Counted from the whole stretch's first letter, positions 26,350 through 40,030 are shown. The stretch is 58,571 nt of DNA, filler included, from Sphacelaria rigidula (GCA_964200075.2; 7 parts of 7 records of this genome joined end to end with filler, not necessarily neighbours in it); one strand, 5' to 3'. Made by a program: numbers and translations. The notes: generated by a model from the letters alone, not told the origin.

Positions 26350-29300
26350 ATGGTCCTGTGTTCAGGTGTATTGGTTGCGGCTCGACTGCAAGACGTGTTC
26401 GTTCCAAGTGTGACGGTTTCATGCGGCGGGATTGTTGGGTCATGATTATTGAGTATAGGTCATGCGATGCGTTGTTTTTCCTTCGACGAGGTCGCCAACC
26501 TCCTCACTCTGCTTGTCTGCCCAAGGCTCCACAGCCACAAGCTCTACCGGTTAATACAATAACTGTCCAACCATCACCGGGTGTCTGGTTCATCCAACAT
26601 ACTACTATCAATCTTCAGTGAAGACTGATGATGACGCGGAGTGGTGGTATGCAACAATCTGCAGACCATGCGTCAGAGAGGGATCTAGAAGACAATGTGC
26701 AGGATAGGTTGATGACCATGAGCACAGGAGGAGCAAGGGAGTCCGGCGGTATGGGAGAGGGCGACACCGTCGTTAGTAGCGGTCTACAAGAGGGGTTGGG
26801 CGCTGTAAATAGGTCGTCAACTGCGGCAGGGCGAGACGCTTCACCGCAGCAGCACGGGGTCTGCAGTAGAGGGCTGTAAGGCGCGGCATTGGGGGCTGCG
26901 TACGACACATCAAGAGGCATGGATCCCAGAAGTAAGTTGGACTACAAGTACACTGTTCAGTATGGTGTTGGGTATGACCTCGGAAGCGGGGTCAGTGGTG
27001 TGCATGACCGACGTGAGTTCGATAGCTCTTGCAGCAGTGTGACGGCGGATATCAGTCGTCTATATAGAAGGCGTTCTCGATGTGCGTGATATGGGCGATA
27101 GGTCGTACTCCAGCTGTGCATTAGTGTGGTTATACTTCAGTCGGGTTTTGCAGTATCACCCCAACCTGGTCACTCGTGTTTAGCTACCTAGCCAAGACTA
27201 ATAACAGAGCTATCAGCCACCACTTGGAGACATCTCATTTGCAAGCAAGTCAAGAGCACCTCTCTGCACACGGAAGTGAGTCCCTGCTTAGCCTTACGAT
27301 GCAGTGCTGACCGGACTCGAGGGTCTGTTACTCACGAGTTCAAGGGTCATTCCTCTCGACTGCAGTTGTTTATCATAGCCAGCCGCTGACCCCGTGTCAC
27401 CCCTGGCCTAGCATGTTCTTCGAGAGTGAAACCAGTATCACCTCGTGATCAGACCACGACATGGTGACCAATCGAGAAGATAACCAGTACTGCTTAGTCG
27501 CATCACCGTAGAGCTGTCCTGTTTTGCGTTGTGTTTGCATACAGTGTAGAATCAGACTTTCTGTTCAGGCTTGGAGTCGGCCAAGCACCGGCCAGTGTCT
27601 TTCGGGCCAAATATTGTCATGCCGTTTCATTTCTAGAAGCAACCACCGAGCCGGCCAGATCGCAGCTGTCTTGTGCTTCGATATTTCCCACGCCAAAGTG
27701 GCACTGTATGTACATCCTGTCGTGCACCCTCATACACGGCCCTGCGTGTTCAAGGCGTGGTGACTCGCGCACACCATCGCTACGACAGAATGCTGCAGAC
27801 AGCTTGCGTTCGCCTGTGCACGAGCTTGCGCTGGGAAACGAGCGAATTTTGAAAATTCTGTTCACGCATCTCAGGGCAGTACATCTTCTTTAATAGGAAG
27901 TCTGGATGTTACTGTACAGTACACCGTGTGCATTGTGTACTCAGTGCTTTGTAGGCTGCAGATGAGTGCTGTTGTCCCACTACTAGAGAGTGAAGTGAAG
28001 TGGCCCGAGACGGTAACCGGCGAACATGCGGGCGCAGAGTGCACATAGCCAGCAGTTGGGGGTGAAATCCACCTGGAGGTAGGTATATATACAGGCTGTT
28101 GATTGCTTGCGAACAGTCAGATATTGGGAGACCGCACTTCGCGTGCAATATGCGCGGTACAGATGTGTCTTCGATGTCACGCTCCCATTAGATCTGGTGC
28201 CGCGGTACCTACCATGTTAGCCAGGTACGTGATCACGTTGTGTGTACACTGTACTCTGTGCTGTGGCAACGTGTTTGCACCGTGCAACTTTGTACCAAAC
28301 AGGACTGCTCGAGCAGTTGTTCGGATCATTCTGTGTGAGTCCGAATGAATTTCTGACCAACATACGGGGCATCTATGCTGGAGTCATCTTGGGGGCGAAA
28401 CATGTTCAACGCCCGGCAAATGACGAGTGGCCCCTAGTATGATTGATTGATGTGCGGCATTGTGAAACGTCATTGCGCGGGTCAAGTCGTATGGATTCGT
28501 TTCCGCTCCACGCCACAACATATCGCCACTGCATTGTCATTGTGTCGCCACTACAGTGGGATCTTCTCATCGGCCTGCCTTTCGACACATCATATCGTCA
28601 CTTCACTACATGGGACGATCACTTCAGAGGACCGTCACTACATGGGTTTCTTCACGCCGGGAAATCGGGGGCAACCAGTGCCGTTGCTCGGCAGCGGTAG
28701 ATACACCGATAAAATAAGTGATTATACGCGGGGCTCATGCCTTGATTTTGTATTGTCCACCCTTTCACTACTGTAGTGCTTCGTCGCGCCCGGTCCTTCC
28801 CTTTGCAGTGACTTATGGTTCGATTTTAGTTATAGTTTTTCTACTTTTGATTTGTTGAGTTTGTTTTTGGGAATAATTTCATGTATCTCATTTGTTTTGG
28901 GCACAACGGCCCTTATTTACTTGATTGATGGGATATTTGATTTGTTACACCAGGTAATAGTTTTTCGTTTTTTCCCACTACTGTCACCCTAGTGTCTCAT
29001 ATATCTGTGTCTTTTCTTTTTTTCACTCCAGTCCTTTCGAAAGCAGCAACTTCCATGCGGCACAAATGAACATCAGACGATCTCATACTAACAGCACGTT
29101 CCCCTATCCGCTCCTGCCGCTTTCGCTGTTCGCTTTTGCTCGTCCCGTACACACCTGCGCAATGCTACGACTCATATCATGGTCGTCGGTGTCGCACCAT
29201 ACCGTATCAATGACTGGGACCTCCTCCGTTGTCGCCATCTCGCATGTGCGAACACCCATGCGTGTCTTTTACCATTCTTATTATGATTGTTTCCCGCACA

Positions 29301-29797
29301 ACTTACTCATGTCCCGCTACCTCCGCCCGTTATCGCATGCCGCTCTTCGACGATTGATAGAGATATCTGCCCCCAACAGCCACTACGATAACCACGGTAG
29401 CAGCACCAACGCCGCCTCTGCAAACAACCTGCAGGGCAGCGACTCCCACCGCCCATAAGCAGGTCGAGCAGGTGATCTAGGGGCTGTTGCGCCCAGCCAC
29501 CCCTATCACCTACGCAGCGGCGTGCCCCCCGACATCCAGGAGAGCGACAGTGCCGGTGGTACTGCCGGGGACCTCGACCCCCGGGCGTCTCCCTCCAGCA
29601 AACCTCGTCCGTTGCTCCCCATCGACGCACCACTGGTAGGATAACGAGGATACTAGACCCTCGACTTCCCGCTCTCGGAGCCGCCACCGCTCTCGCTCCC
29701 GGTCACGGGCAGAGCGCCGTTCTCGCTCTCGCCGCCGCCGCTACCGCCGAAACTCTCGCTCGCCCTCCCGCGGCAGGCGTCAACACTATGCCACTAG

Positions 29798-32700
29798 GTG
29801 AGGATCCCGGGAACGTCGCCACTACCGGGAGGAGCACAGGGCGTACCAGCAGCAGGCGGATGCCGGATGGCTAAGCGCTGGGATTGTGATGCACCAGGAG
29901 CAGCAGCTGGAGCTGCGGTCCAAGGTCTGGAATCGAACCAGTTGGCGAAGGTGCGCGAACGGGTACGTGGGCGTATTTCGCGTGGTCGACCATGCCCAGT
30001 GTACGCAGGACCAAGTGCGGGGGAATTATCGGTTGTCAACAGCACTGTCGTGCTGCAACACCAGATATGGTCGACGCTGCGTGCAATGGACCAAGGAGTT
30101 TTGAAAATGCCGGGAGATGAATACGTCAACGGTAAGAGGGTTACACAAACAGATCAGTACTCCGCCCGCCGGCGCGACCTCCTGATCGAGTTGCTGGCAG
30201 AAACCAGCGGTACTCATACGTCCTTAACCGCAGCGGATCGGGTAGACGTCTATCGAATCACGGGCGAAACCGATACCGTCCCACATGAATCCGTTACTAT
30301 GACCGACTGGCTACGGATCCTCGTCCGTGAAGAAGTGATGACGAACGGAGCTACTAAGTTTATACACGCTGCACTAGACGCCATCACCTTAGGTCCCAAC
30401 GAGTCGTGAAGTGCGGGGGCGCAACGGGTGTTGCTAGCATTTCGCGCGAGTTTAGCTAACCCAGACCGACCATACAGTACCGAAGCCACGTACTTCTGGC
30501 GATTTGTCACTGCCCGGCAGCTAAGTGAGCTTTACGACCGTATTATCCGAGTCATTCTGCCTAACCCGGTTGATAGGCTAGGTCTACAGTCGATCCTCCA
30601 CGAAAAAACACACGCAATCTGGGCCAGGCTGCAGCCTCTGAAAAACGAGTGGCACAATCCTGTGGGGTTGGCAATGCAAAGAAGGGGGGACGTAGCCAAG
30701 AGTCTTTACGAGGATTTCATCCGTATCGTGTGCGCCCGCAACGTAGTATACAGCGACGACAGTCACGCCCGCTCCCAACCGCGGACTAGCAACCGCGGCG
30801 CGGGACCTGATAGATTATTTTCACTCGAGGAAGTAAGGAACTTGCTACAGTCGCCCCCGGAGGTGGCCGCAATGCTCCAGCAAACTAACCCGGGGTCACC
30901 TCTCTTCCCCGAAATGCCGCCCGCCCTGTCAGCCCCTGCTGCGTCCTTTAGTTCTCAGGCGTTAGCCGGCCACCACTCGGCACCTTCCGTCGCGGCGTTC
31001 AACAACCACCTGGCGGTCTCACCGGGCTCATACGGCGTGCCCTTCATGCAGAAAAATTCGACACCCATCAACCCCGGTCCCCGCACCACGACTCCGGGTC
31101 ATGCCGTCCCACCCCGCGCGGCAGATTTGCAGCACAAACCCCCGGCACCGCCGTCTGGCAGCGCTTCGCCTACACCGACACCCGCCACATCCGCCCAACC
31201 AGTCGGTCCGGCCTCTGCTCCCGAACCATCCGCACCGCCGATTTCCGCGGGACGCGACGCAGTGGTTACCTTCTGACATGATAGTAAAATCCGTTTTGGT
31301 TACGCATTCACCGGCTCGTGCCGTCACCGTGGCAACACCCCCTGCCCTTGGACGCACGGTATCATCCCCGCTGCACACTACAGCGGCCTACCGGCCCACC
31401 GCAAGACGGCCATTCCCCAACGCCGCCTAGCCGTGCTCACGGAGGCGCAATACATGGCGGCAATCGACCTGGGTCTCATCGGCGAAGGCGACGACGATGA
31501 CGGCGAGGAAATGCTGAGCGCATCCGTAAGCGAGGCTGACGCTGGAGACACACGAGCTGACGCGTGAAGGCGCGCCCCAGGTACAATTGACCTGGGGAAC
31601 CTCCGCCAACCCAGCGCCACCACAATATCCCAGCGTCGAGGAAGCCAACTTTGGGTGACAGGCGAGATCTGGCATCGACGGCGTCTCCGTCGGCCGTGGC
31701 CGATAGAAGTCTTGCTGGACACGGGAGCGGGAGGGGGCAACTATATGTCAGGAGCGTTATGGCGCAGCTTACACAAGGCCAACATCCTGGACGATACGCC
31801 AAACCCTGAGGCGGCAGGTGTTCTCTGTGCAGCTAACCCATCCCAGAGTAAGGTTCCCCCAATGCGCATAATCGGTTCCGTAACTGTGCCCTTGCTTTTG
31901 ACCTCCGACTCACGGGTCCGTAATGTACCAGTGCGAGTAGTGGAGGGCCTGTCGTACGGCTTCATTTTAGGTGCAGATTATTTCCGGTACACTAACAGTA
32001 TCCTAGATTTCGCCCCAGGAAAAGGGTTCCGCCCCTCGCCAGCGGCACCGTGGATCCTGTTCCTGACGAGCGAAAATCCTACGTACCACATTCAAGATAT
32101 ATTAGTAGCCCTGTACACCGCGACGGAAACCACCGCCTCCCTAGCTGCGCTCGCTTGTCCGTCCACCCCCAACTACCCCAGCTATCGCGACATAGCTCGG
32201 GAAGACGACACTACCCTAGAATGAAAGCTGCGCTTGGTCGGACAAACGATCACGCTCAGCGGCTTCGTCAGCGCCGCGGTAGAAACAGCCGCAATCGGTC
32301 CTCAACCGCAGGATAAGCAGCTTGTGCTTGTATTCCCACAAACAAAGTTCGACCTGGACACGGGGGCAGAGGTGGGGATCGCGAAGGGAGTATCGTGGTG
32401 GCAGCCGGGGTCGCCGGTGTACTGTAAACTTGTAAATAGAAGTAAGGAGCAGGTGGCGGTAAAACCTACTGGCATGGTCGCGCGTATGATAGCACTGAAC
32501 GTACGCGATCCCACCAGGTTTCACTCACTGTTTGATCCCCACCCGTCTATAACAGACCCCCCCGTGGACCCCCCACCCCGCGCCTCACGTTCAGACAGTA
32601 GTTGCTCGGCCCAACCAAATCCTAAGGTCAACGTGAAGGACGCCAACACGGGCCAGCTTGGAGCAGCGGAAGAGAGGGAGCTGGTAAACACGTTGCTGAG

Positions 32701-33428
32701 CTTCATCGAAGCTGGCTTGTTCCCCACAGACCCCAAGCGGGTTCCCGCTTGTATCAATGGTGAGCTCGAACTCCCCCTAACTAACGAATCATGTACGCCA
32801 TTCGCAGCTAAGCAGCGTCGATTTTCCCCGGAGGAACGTCACATGATCTGCGAAGAGATACACAAGCTTCTTGATCGCGGGATCATTCGACCCTCAACCA
32901 TTTCCCGTGGGCAGCCCAATCCCTATGCGTGAAGAAAAAAGACGGCACCCTGCACTTGTGCATTGATTGGCGTGAACTGAACAAACTGTTAGTGTCGGAC
33001 AGCGGGGGTCTCGGGAATATGCAATCCATTTTCGACGTCCTCAACGGTGAGCGTTACTTCACCCAACTCGACCTGGCCTCCGGTTTCCACCAAATCGAGA
33101 TCGCGGAGAAAGATCGCTTCAAAACGGCGTTCTGAGATGCAGATCGCCTCTTATACGAGTTTACACGAGCAGACTTTGGTCCAACAGTCCTACCCGCCGC
33201 GTTCACCCGTCGGGTGAAAGGTACGGTAGGACAGTTGGGTGGAGTGTTCACTTGGCTTGACGATATTCTTATCGTGACCACATTCTGGGACGAGCATCAA
33301 GCCCTACTCGTGATCGTGTTACAACGCTTGTTGGTCGCGGGATTCTCGGTGAACTTCGCCAAGTGCATTTTTGCATCGGCGTCGCAAGAGTTTCTGGGCA
33401 TGCTGGAGTCATCCTACGATAGGGGGGG
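29798..33428 (+). mobile_element. Second decayed Ty3/gypsy element (gag-like, protease, RT), truncated at contig end
   Basis: Gag-like ORFs 29798-30409 and 30428-31276 in one frame. Protease VLLDTGAG...FILGAD. RT motifs KKKDGTLHLCIDWRELN, FTQLDLASGFHQI, WLDD, FLG. Stops and frameshift present. Confidence 0.9.
31655..33428 (+). pseudogene. pol: pol (protease + RT, disrupted)
   Basis: ORFs 31655-32224 and 32234-32932 in one frame, then a frameshift to 32929-33135 and 33214 onward, carrying RT motifs. Confidence 0.88.
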
Positions 33429-34015
33429 NNNNNNNNNNNNNNNNNNNNNNNNNNNNNNNNNNNNNNNNNNNNTTAATTAATTAANNNNNNNNNNNNNNNN
33501 NNNNNNNNNNNNNNNNNNNNNNNNNNNNGGTGTGTGGGGGTGGGGGGGTGGGGGGGGGGGGGGGCTATTTCTCACTTTTGAGACGTTAGTGGCACAGGTT
33601 TTGCCCCCCAAATTGGGAATATCGTCGTCACGTGTTGGAAACTTAACTTCAACCCACCGAGAGGAGTCTAGCCTACCTTTTCCGATACGATTGGCTCCGA
33701 GGTTTCGAGAATGACCTCTGAACAAAGATACAGCTGGAAAAGAGAATGCGGCGTCCGCGTTTTTTGTCCAGCCCTATTTGGGGGCCAAAGACCGCATCAA
33801 ATGTTCTACAACGTGGCCCAAAATGCGAACCGTGAGAAACGGTCTATCTTTTTTTTTTCTGCATTAAATTGTCCGTTCATTATTTCTTATATGTTGATAG
33901 TTAGTGTTTTCGTGTCTCCATCTCCAGTTGTTCGTTGTTTCTGTATTCTGCCCAGCCTTTCATTCCCGTCCTTATTGTTCTTTCCACCCCCCCAAAAGAA
34001 TCCGCTGTTCGTTGG

Positions 34016-34589
34016 TTCAACTCAAAAGCAGTGTTTTCCCTGACCTAAAGTCACGACAAATGACTTTCATCTTTCATATGGACGACCTCATCCCTCCCGA
34101 CCTCCCTAAAACTATTGCGGAGGGCTCCCAGCCTTCCGTTCGCCCAGAGGAAGGGTAGCTCTTTGTCGAAAGCACGATTTTTGGGCCATAAAAACGTCCC
34201 TTTTTTTCACCCAGATATCGAGGCAAAAATGTGCCTTCGCACATACCCTTCGGGGGAACGAAGGCTAGGAATCCCCCGAAATAGTTTTTTGGGGGTCGGG
34301 AGGGATGCGGTCGTCTATATAGAGGTGTCTTAAACTCGGTTCCCGGTATCCTGGTCTATTTTCTTCTATTTTTTCAATTGAAAGTAATGGCGATTCATCA
34401 GGTGATGAGACCCTTTCACCGCCAGGTCAAGCCCTCCTATGAATCGCGATCATTTTCACTTGAAAAAATAGTACACAGCTCAGAGCCAGCGAATAAACCA
34501 GGATACCGGGAGCCGAGTTTGAGATACCTCTTACGTGAAAGTAAATCGTCATGAGTTTAGGCCAGGGAAAGCACTGCTTTTGAGTTGAA
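34016..34589. mobile_element. TIR element with an inner inverted repeat
   Basis: ttcaactcaaaagcagtgttttccctgacctaaa is inverted to tttaggccagggaaagcactgcttttgagttgaa. Inner IR at ~34321-34360 / ~34492-34530. Confidence 0.65.
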
Positions 34590-35176
34590 TCTCATTTTTT
34601 TGTTCAACCCCATTTTTGAGAATCCGCTGTTAATCGATGAAAATCAAATCACGTAGGAGTGGCGTGCGGGCGTTGCATCTCAGCTGGCCGTATCTTGAGC
34701 GTAACAATGGTGGGTCTGATTCAACCGCATCGGTGACAAACCGCGATCCACTCAAGAACGACCCTAAGATATGTGTGTGTGTATGTGTGTCTGTTTATTG
34801 CCATAAAAACACCGACTCACAGGACCTGAGGTGTGTCAGGCGACCTAACATGGTTTGGTGGGCTGGATCATCAACAGCTACGGAAAACGAACGATAATAT
34901 CTTGACCAAGGAAACGTCAATTGTGAATCGTTATTTTTCCATTAACGGTTCCAAAAGGGTGAACAATGACGATTTTGAGTGAAACTTATTTTCGTTGAAA
35001 AAGTGGCCCAAAATCCCTCCGCACCTCATCATTTTGGAATTTTGCTCCCCCCCCCTCCCCCCCCCCTCCTCAGATGACACTTGACTGAAATTCTAGGATC
35101 TCACCACCATGTATGGATTATATATATGTAGCTTTCCACACGTCGGACGAGTCATTACTCGTCGAAACAAGTGCAC

Positions 35177-35533
35177 TGTGTGTTGTGTGTGTTGTCGTCC
35201 CATCTATTCTGGACGCCGGTCTACACCTTTCGGTATATATGGACGCACCAGCCGTGGTCACACAGTAGGAAGGTCAACACAGGAGCTTTTTCTTTTTTCT
35301 TGTTTTGATACTCCACTTTCCTTCTGCGGTGCTTGCCTTAATTTCTTTATCGCGAGAGGGGCTCAGCAGTCCCTTTCCCTCGTCGACCGTGAAGTCGAAA
35401 TGTGTGTACTCACGACACAGGGTCTCTCCACTGTTGGGCATGATGTGAGAAAAATCCCAGATCGCTCCGAGATTGGAACCCACGACCGAACCGTCAGAAG
35501 ATTTCGAGGTTACCAACTGAGCCACCGGGGAGA
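35177..35533 (-). mobile_element. tRNA-derived SINE (family A)
   Basis: A box at 35513-35524, degenerate B box, full-length similarity to 21712-22074. Confidence 0.85.
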
Positions 35534-35561
35534 CCGGTTCTCGTGGATGTTTTTGAAAACG

Positions 35562-36135
35562 CAACGAGCATGACTCGAGTGCTCGCCCTACATTTTTTTT
35601 CCACAACGAGCAATGACTCGAGTGCTCTCGCCCTATTATTTTTTTCCACAACAACGAGAAATGACTCGAGTGCTCGCCTTACTATTTTTTTGACACAACG
35701 AGCAATGACTCGAGTGCTCGCCCTACTACTGTTCTCCACAGCAAGCTATGACTCGAGTGCTCGCCCTGTTGATTTTTTCCACAACGAGCAATGAATGACT
35801 CAAGTGCTCGCCCTATTGACTTTTTCCACAACGGGCAATGACTCGAGTGCTCGCCCTATTGATTTTTTCCACAATGGGCAATGACTCGTCGAGTGCTCGC
35901 CCTACTAACTTTTTCCACAACGAGCGATGCCTCGAGTGCTCGCCCTGTTGATTTTTTCCGCAACGAACAATGACTCGAGTCCTCGCCCTGTTGATTTTTT
36001 CCACAACGAGCAATGAATCACTCAAGTGCTCGCCCCATTGATTTTTCCCACAACAACGGGCAATGACTCGAGTGCTCGCCCTACTAACTTTTTCCACAAC
36101 AAGCAATGACTCGAGCACTCGCCCTATTAATTTTC
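35562..36135 (+). repeat. ~43-bp minisatellite, 13 copies
   Basis: Unit approximately caacgagcaatgactcgagtgctcgccctattgattttttcca. Each unit has an internal CGAGCA/TGCTCG inverted repeat. Confidence 0.95.
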
Positions 36136-36746
36136 ACGGCCAACGAGTAGCCCAACGAGTGCGAGTGCCACGAGTCATACTCGTGCTCGTCCGACGTGCG
36201 AAATTTTCCTTGAGAGCAAATGCCAAGGAAGTAGCGTTTTTCGATATAATAATGTAAACCACATACATGTTGTTGTCTGCTATATATAGTTGCATATGTA
36301 AAACCCCTGCCTGTACTGTATATTTTCGGAGGATGTACGGCACATGTATACATGTGTATACTTGACAGATGAACCTGCACTATCAGATTTCTGTCTAAAT
36401 ACAAAAAAAATGGACTCATTTCCACTTGACATTTTTTGCAGTGAATTTTTATTCGCCCGTTCCTCAGGTATGTTTTGTATCGATAGACCGCGGGTTATAA
36501 AATTAAAAAAAGATCTAGTGTTGGTATGAAAATCAACAAAACATTCCCCAGATCGCTCGTGTTGATCATAAATCACACGATCGTTGGGTGGTACTCTGCA
36601 ACAACCCAGGAGCTGAGCACAGTGGGCGATACGAAGGGAGGAGCAAGCTGTCACATATTCTAAATCGAAAAAGGTCTTCTGCTTTGATCGGAGCTGTAAC
36701 ACCAAAACGCAAAGCAGTTATCCCCAGCACACGCCACGTCCCAACA

Positions 36747-36848
36747 ATGATCCCAGCAGGGCTTTCATGCTTGGTGCTCTTGGCGGGGGCAGGTGCCGCA
36801 CGCGCGGCCGTGGACTCTGTTAGCTCCTACCACATGAGCTGCCAAGGG
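36747..36848 (+). CDS. Possible first exon of a secreted protein (signal-peptide-like)
   Basis: caacaATG, MIPAGLSCLVLLAGAGAARA-AVDSVSSYHMSCQG, then a GTGAGC donor. Downstream exons not identified. Confidence 0.3.
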
Positions 36849-38621
36849 GTGAGCAATGACTTAGAGTCGCAAATTAGAGCTAATATTCGTGGTATTTAGT
36901 CACTGCGGTTCATGCTCAATGCAATAGTGTGGCAGTTCGTGGGTCGGGGTGAGTGGGTTTGGGTAGTTTGTTTGGTGTTACGGTGTGCTTTCATGGGCGC
37001 CGCCACGTGCTGCTAGTAGGAGGTGTCGTGAGCGGCTATGAAGATGCCTGCGTGTTGCACTTCAATAACGTTATAGAGCAGCACACATGTGCACACAACA
37101 GAGTTGTAGATGAAGGGCATTTATAGCCTTTGGTGACATGAAAGTGTGGGCACTGGGTTTATCCATTTGTCGCTTGATTTTCAGCGGGGTGCTCGGGGGT
37201 GCTGTTGCCACATGTGGGTGCAACGGGCTGTCCTTGTATGGAGCAACTGCAAGTGGATGGAGCACAAGACACGGTGTAGATGGCGCCGACGTGAAGCACA
37301 AGGGTTTGAGACAATGTCCACATCGCGCTACTGTTGACTTTACGGTTGCACCGTGATGTAGGAGGTGTTGCATCGTGAGTGCTATAATAGTGCCTTTGCG
37401 GGTCGCTTTGTTTCGGCACTGTCTGTCCAGTATCGTACTGAGCTCACACATGTTTTGCCCTCTCTTCTTGACCCAAGACAAGAAAAGGGGAGTTGTGTCG
37501 TTGCTATTACTGTATCTCGCTACCTGAAGGTTTCTGTTCTCTGTCTTACAGAAACGCTGTCTCCTCCCTCCCTCCATACACACTCATTTATAATCATTGA
37601 GGGCCGTTCTTGAAATCATGATCGTTGACTTAGCGTAACCCAAATCCCCTACAGTATCCAAGTCACGTCCTCTGGTGCCCCCCGCCTCGTGAGCATCACG
37701 TTTTTCACCACCCCCAAAAGGGAGATGCAGCGGAAATCACAAAATTACTGGAACGCAGCCGCAGACCACCTGTGCACGTACGTTCTAAAAAAATCCGACT
37801 AGGCTGCGCCCACAACAGCGCTGAAATCGCCACGGATACTTTGCCAAACCTTGTACAGCAAGCCCACTTCCTCAGGGCATGATAGAAAACCTCACACTCG
37901 CTCCCGATTGTGGCCTTCACTAGGAACAGTCGCATGAAACATGCTCTGCACCAAGTGGTGGCACGTAAGTGAAGACTTACCCAATACCCCAAGATTTTAC
38001 TGAAGCCCAACTTCGGCGGGGAAGGTTACTTTAAACCAAGTGATGAAGTTGGTTCACGTGATGAGAGTATGCATGCCACTGGACGCGTTGCATGGCTGCT
38101 ATTTTCGAGAGGTTAGTACGAGCTGTCGCCATTCAAAAAGATCGAAATGCTCGTATGTCGACTGAGTTTTGGAGTTGTCTGGAAACCGCGCCCATCCTCT
38201 ACAGGGCATGATGTGTGGAGAAAACACTGAACCTAACTATAATAGTTGCCCGTGGAAATAGAACGAGGCCAAAACATCAATAGGATTGTCTGTGTGCGTG
38301 TGTGTTCTGGAAAAAGAAAACCTCGCTCAACCCTTACCACGCGAGCGGGTTAGTGCTCCGATTACCTGGAGGCTTGGCTAGACCGCCTCGCGGCAGTCAT
38401 GTGGAGTTGGCGCCTCGAGCGTTCGGAAAGCTTCGCTCAAGGCAGTGTGAAAAATATGGTTGATTTGATAGATTGATTGTCGCACTTCAACTGACCAACC
38501 ATGGGTCCAGCCGTAGTCGCGTGATGGATGTACGAAAAAAAAAAAGCAAAACTACAAAACTCGCTCAAGAAGAAAAAAGAACAAAAAAAAAGTCGAACAA
38601 AACGACATGGTAAAGTGATGA

Positions 38622-39310
38622 GGCCGCTCCTTTTAGGCCGCTCCTTATAACAGGCAAAAATAATAAACTGGAAAAGGTGCCTTTTTTTTACCTTTTACAT
38701 TGCTTCACTCCCCAAAAACAACCTGGGAAGAGTTTGACACCGTGGAATGACTTGCTCCACTAGTTGAGACGGTTCCTGGACATCTTCCCGTTCTCTGGTG
38801 GCCGCGGTTTTCATTTTGGCCGAACAAGAATTTTCGTCCAAGAACGGTTAAAAACAGTCAAGTCCGAAGAAGAGTGGGGTGTCAAACTCCACCTAGCTCT
38901 CTTGTGGGGCGTGAAACGACGTGAAATCCCCCAAAAGGCATTTTTCCAGATTTTTTTTCTGTCTGTTATAAGAAGCGGCCTTGTAACGGACAAAAATAAA
39001 TATATTCGGAAGTGCCGATTTGGAGCTTTCACGTCATTTTACGCCCTAAAAAAGAGCTTGGCGGAGTTTGACACCTTGAAATGACTTGCTCTACTCGTCG
39101 AGGCGGTTCCAGGACATCTTCCCGTTATCGGGTGGCCGCAGTTTTTATTTCGGCTAAACAAGAATTTTGGTCCAAGAAAAGTAAAAAACGGTCAAATTAC
39201 GAAAAAAAATCGTCATTTTCATCTGGACTTGGCCATTCTTGGACAAAAGTGCTTATTTGGCCAAATGAAAACTGCGGCCACCGGAAAACGGCAAGGGTTA
39301 TAAGGAGCGA
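38622..39310. mobile_element. Nested PIF/Harbinger (Tourist-like) MITE pair
   Basis: Inner copy 38636-38980 (GGCCGCTCCTTATAACAG...CTGTTATAAGAAGCGGCC, flanked TTA/TTG) sits inside the left TIR of a related copy ending ttataaggagcgac at ~39311. Confidence 0.65.
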
Positions 39311-39610
39311 CATAAGACGTGGAAAAAAAAAGGAAGAAGAACAAATTCAATAAAAGCGAATGTAGGAGCTGAACCCACTAAAACCCCATGTCACCTTGAC
39401 GCAGTGTGTGTGTGTGTGTGTGTGCAAGGATGAAAAGGTGGGCCACCCGTTGCTGTACCGATGAACTTGCACTGGTGCAAGCAGCCGTGGTTTCAAGCTC
39501 CAAGACTCTGCTCTTAGTCCTACGAAATAATGCGACATGCTGGTTGCGGTTGGGTCTCCACCTCACTGAGCTTTTGATGCACGGGGAGGGTGCATCGCGT
39601 TCGGACGGAA

Positions 39611-40030
39611 CTGGTAGCTACGGGCAAAACCGGATAGAGGATATGACCCACATTTGATGTGTACTCGTTTCGTTGACGTGCGTCCTTATACGTGGGATGT
39701 CACAATGATTCTGGACGCTTGCGAGGTGATACGCCGAAACATTTTTGACATGACGATTTTGGACATGAAGATAGCCGCTGTGGAGCTGTTCCTCGCCCTC
39801 CAACCTTCTACATTCCCATGCTGGTAGCTACGGGCAAAAACGGATAGAGAATATGAACCACATTTGATGTGTACTCGTTTCGTTGACGTGCGTCCTGATA
39901 CCTGGGATGTCGCAATGATTGGGGACGCTTGCAAGGTGATACGCCGCAATATTTTTGACATGACGATTTTGGATATGAAGATAGCCGCTGTGGAGCTGTT
40001 TCTCACCCTCCAACCTTCTACATTCCCATG
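39611..40030 (+). repeat. 210-bp tandem duplication (2 copies)
   Basis: 39611-39820 vs 39821-40030, about 14 substitutions by eye and no indels. Confidence 0.95.

Noticed and set aside
35562-36135. CRISPR-like array (palindromic repeat with regular spacing)
   Set aside because: Intervening segments are short variants of one sequence, not unique spacers. No cas genes, and the context is eukaryotic.
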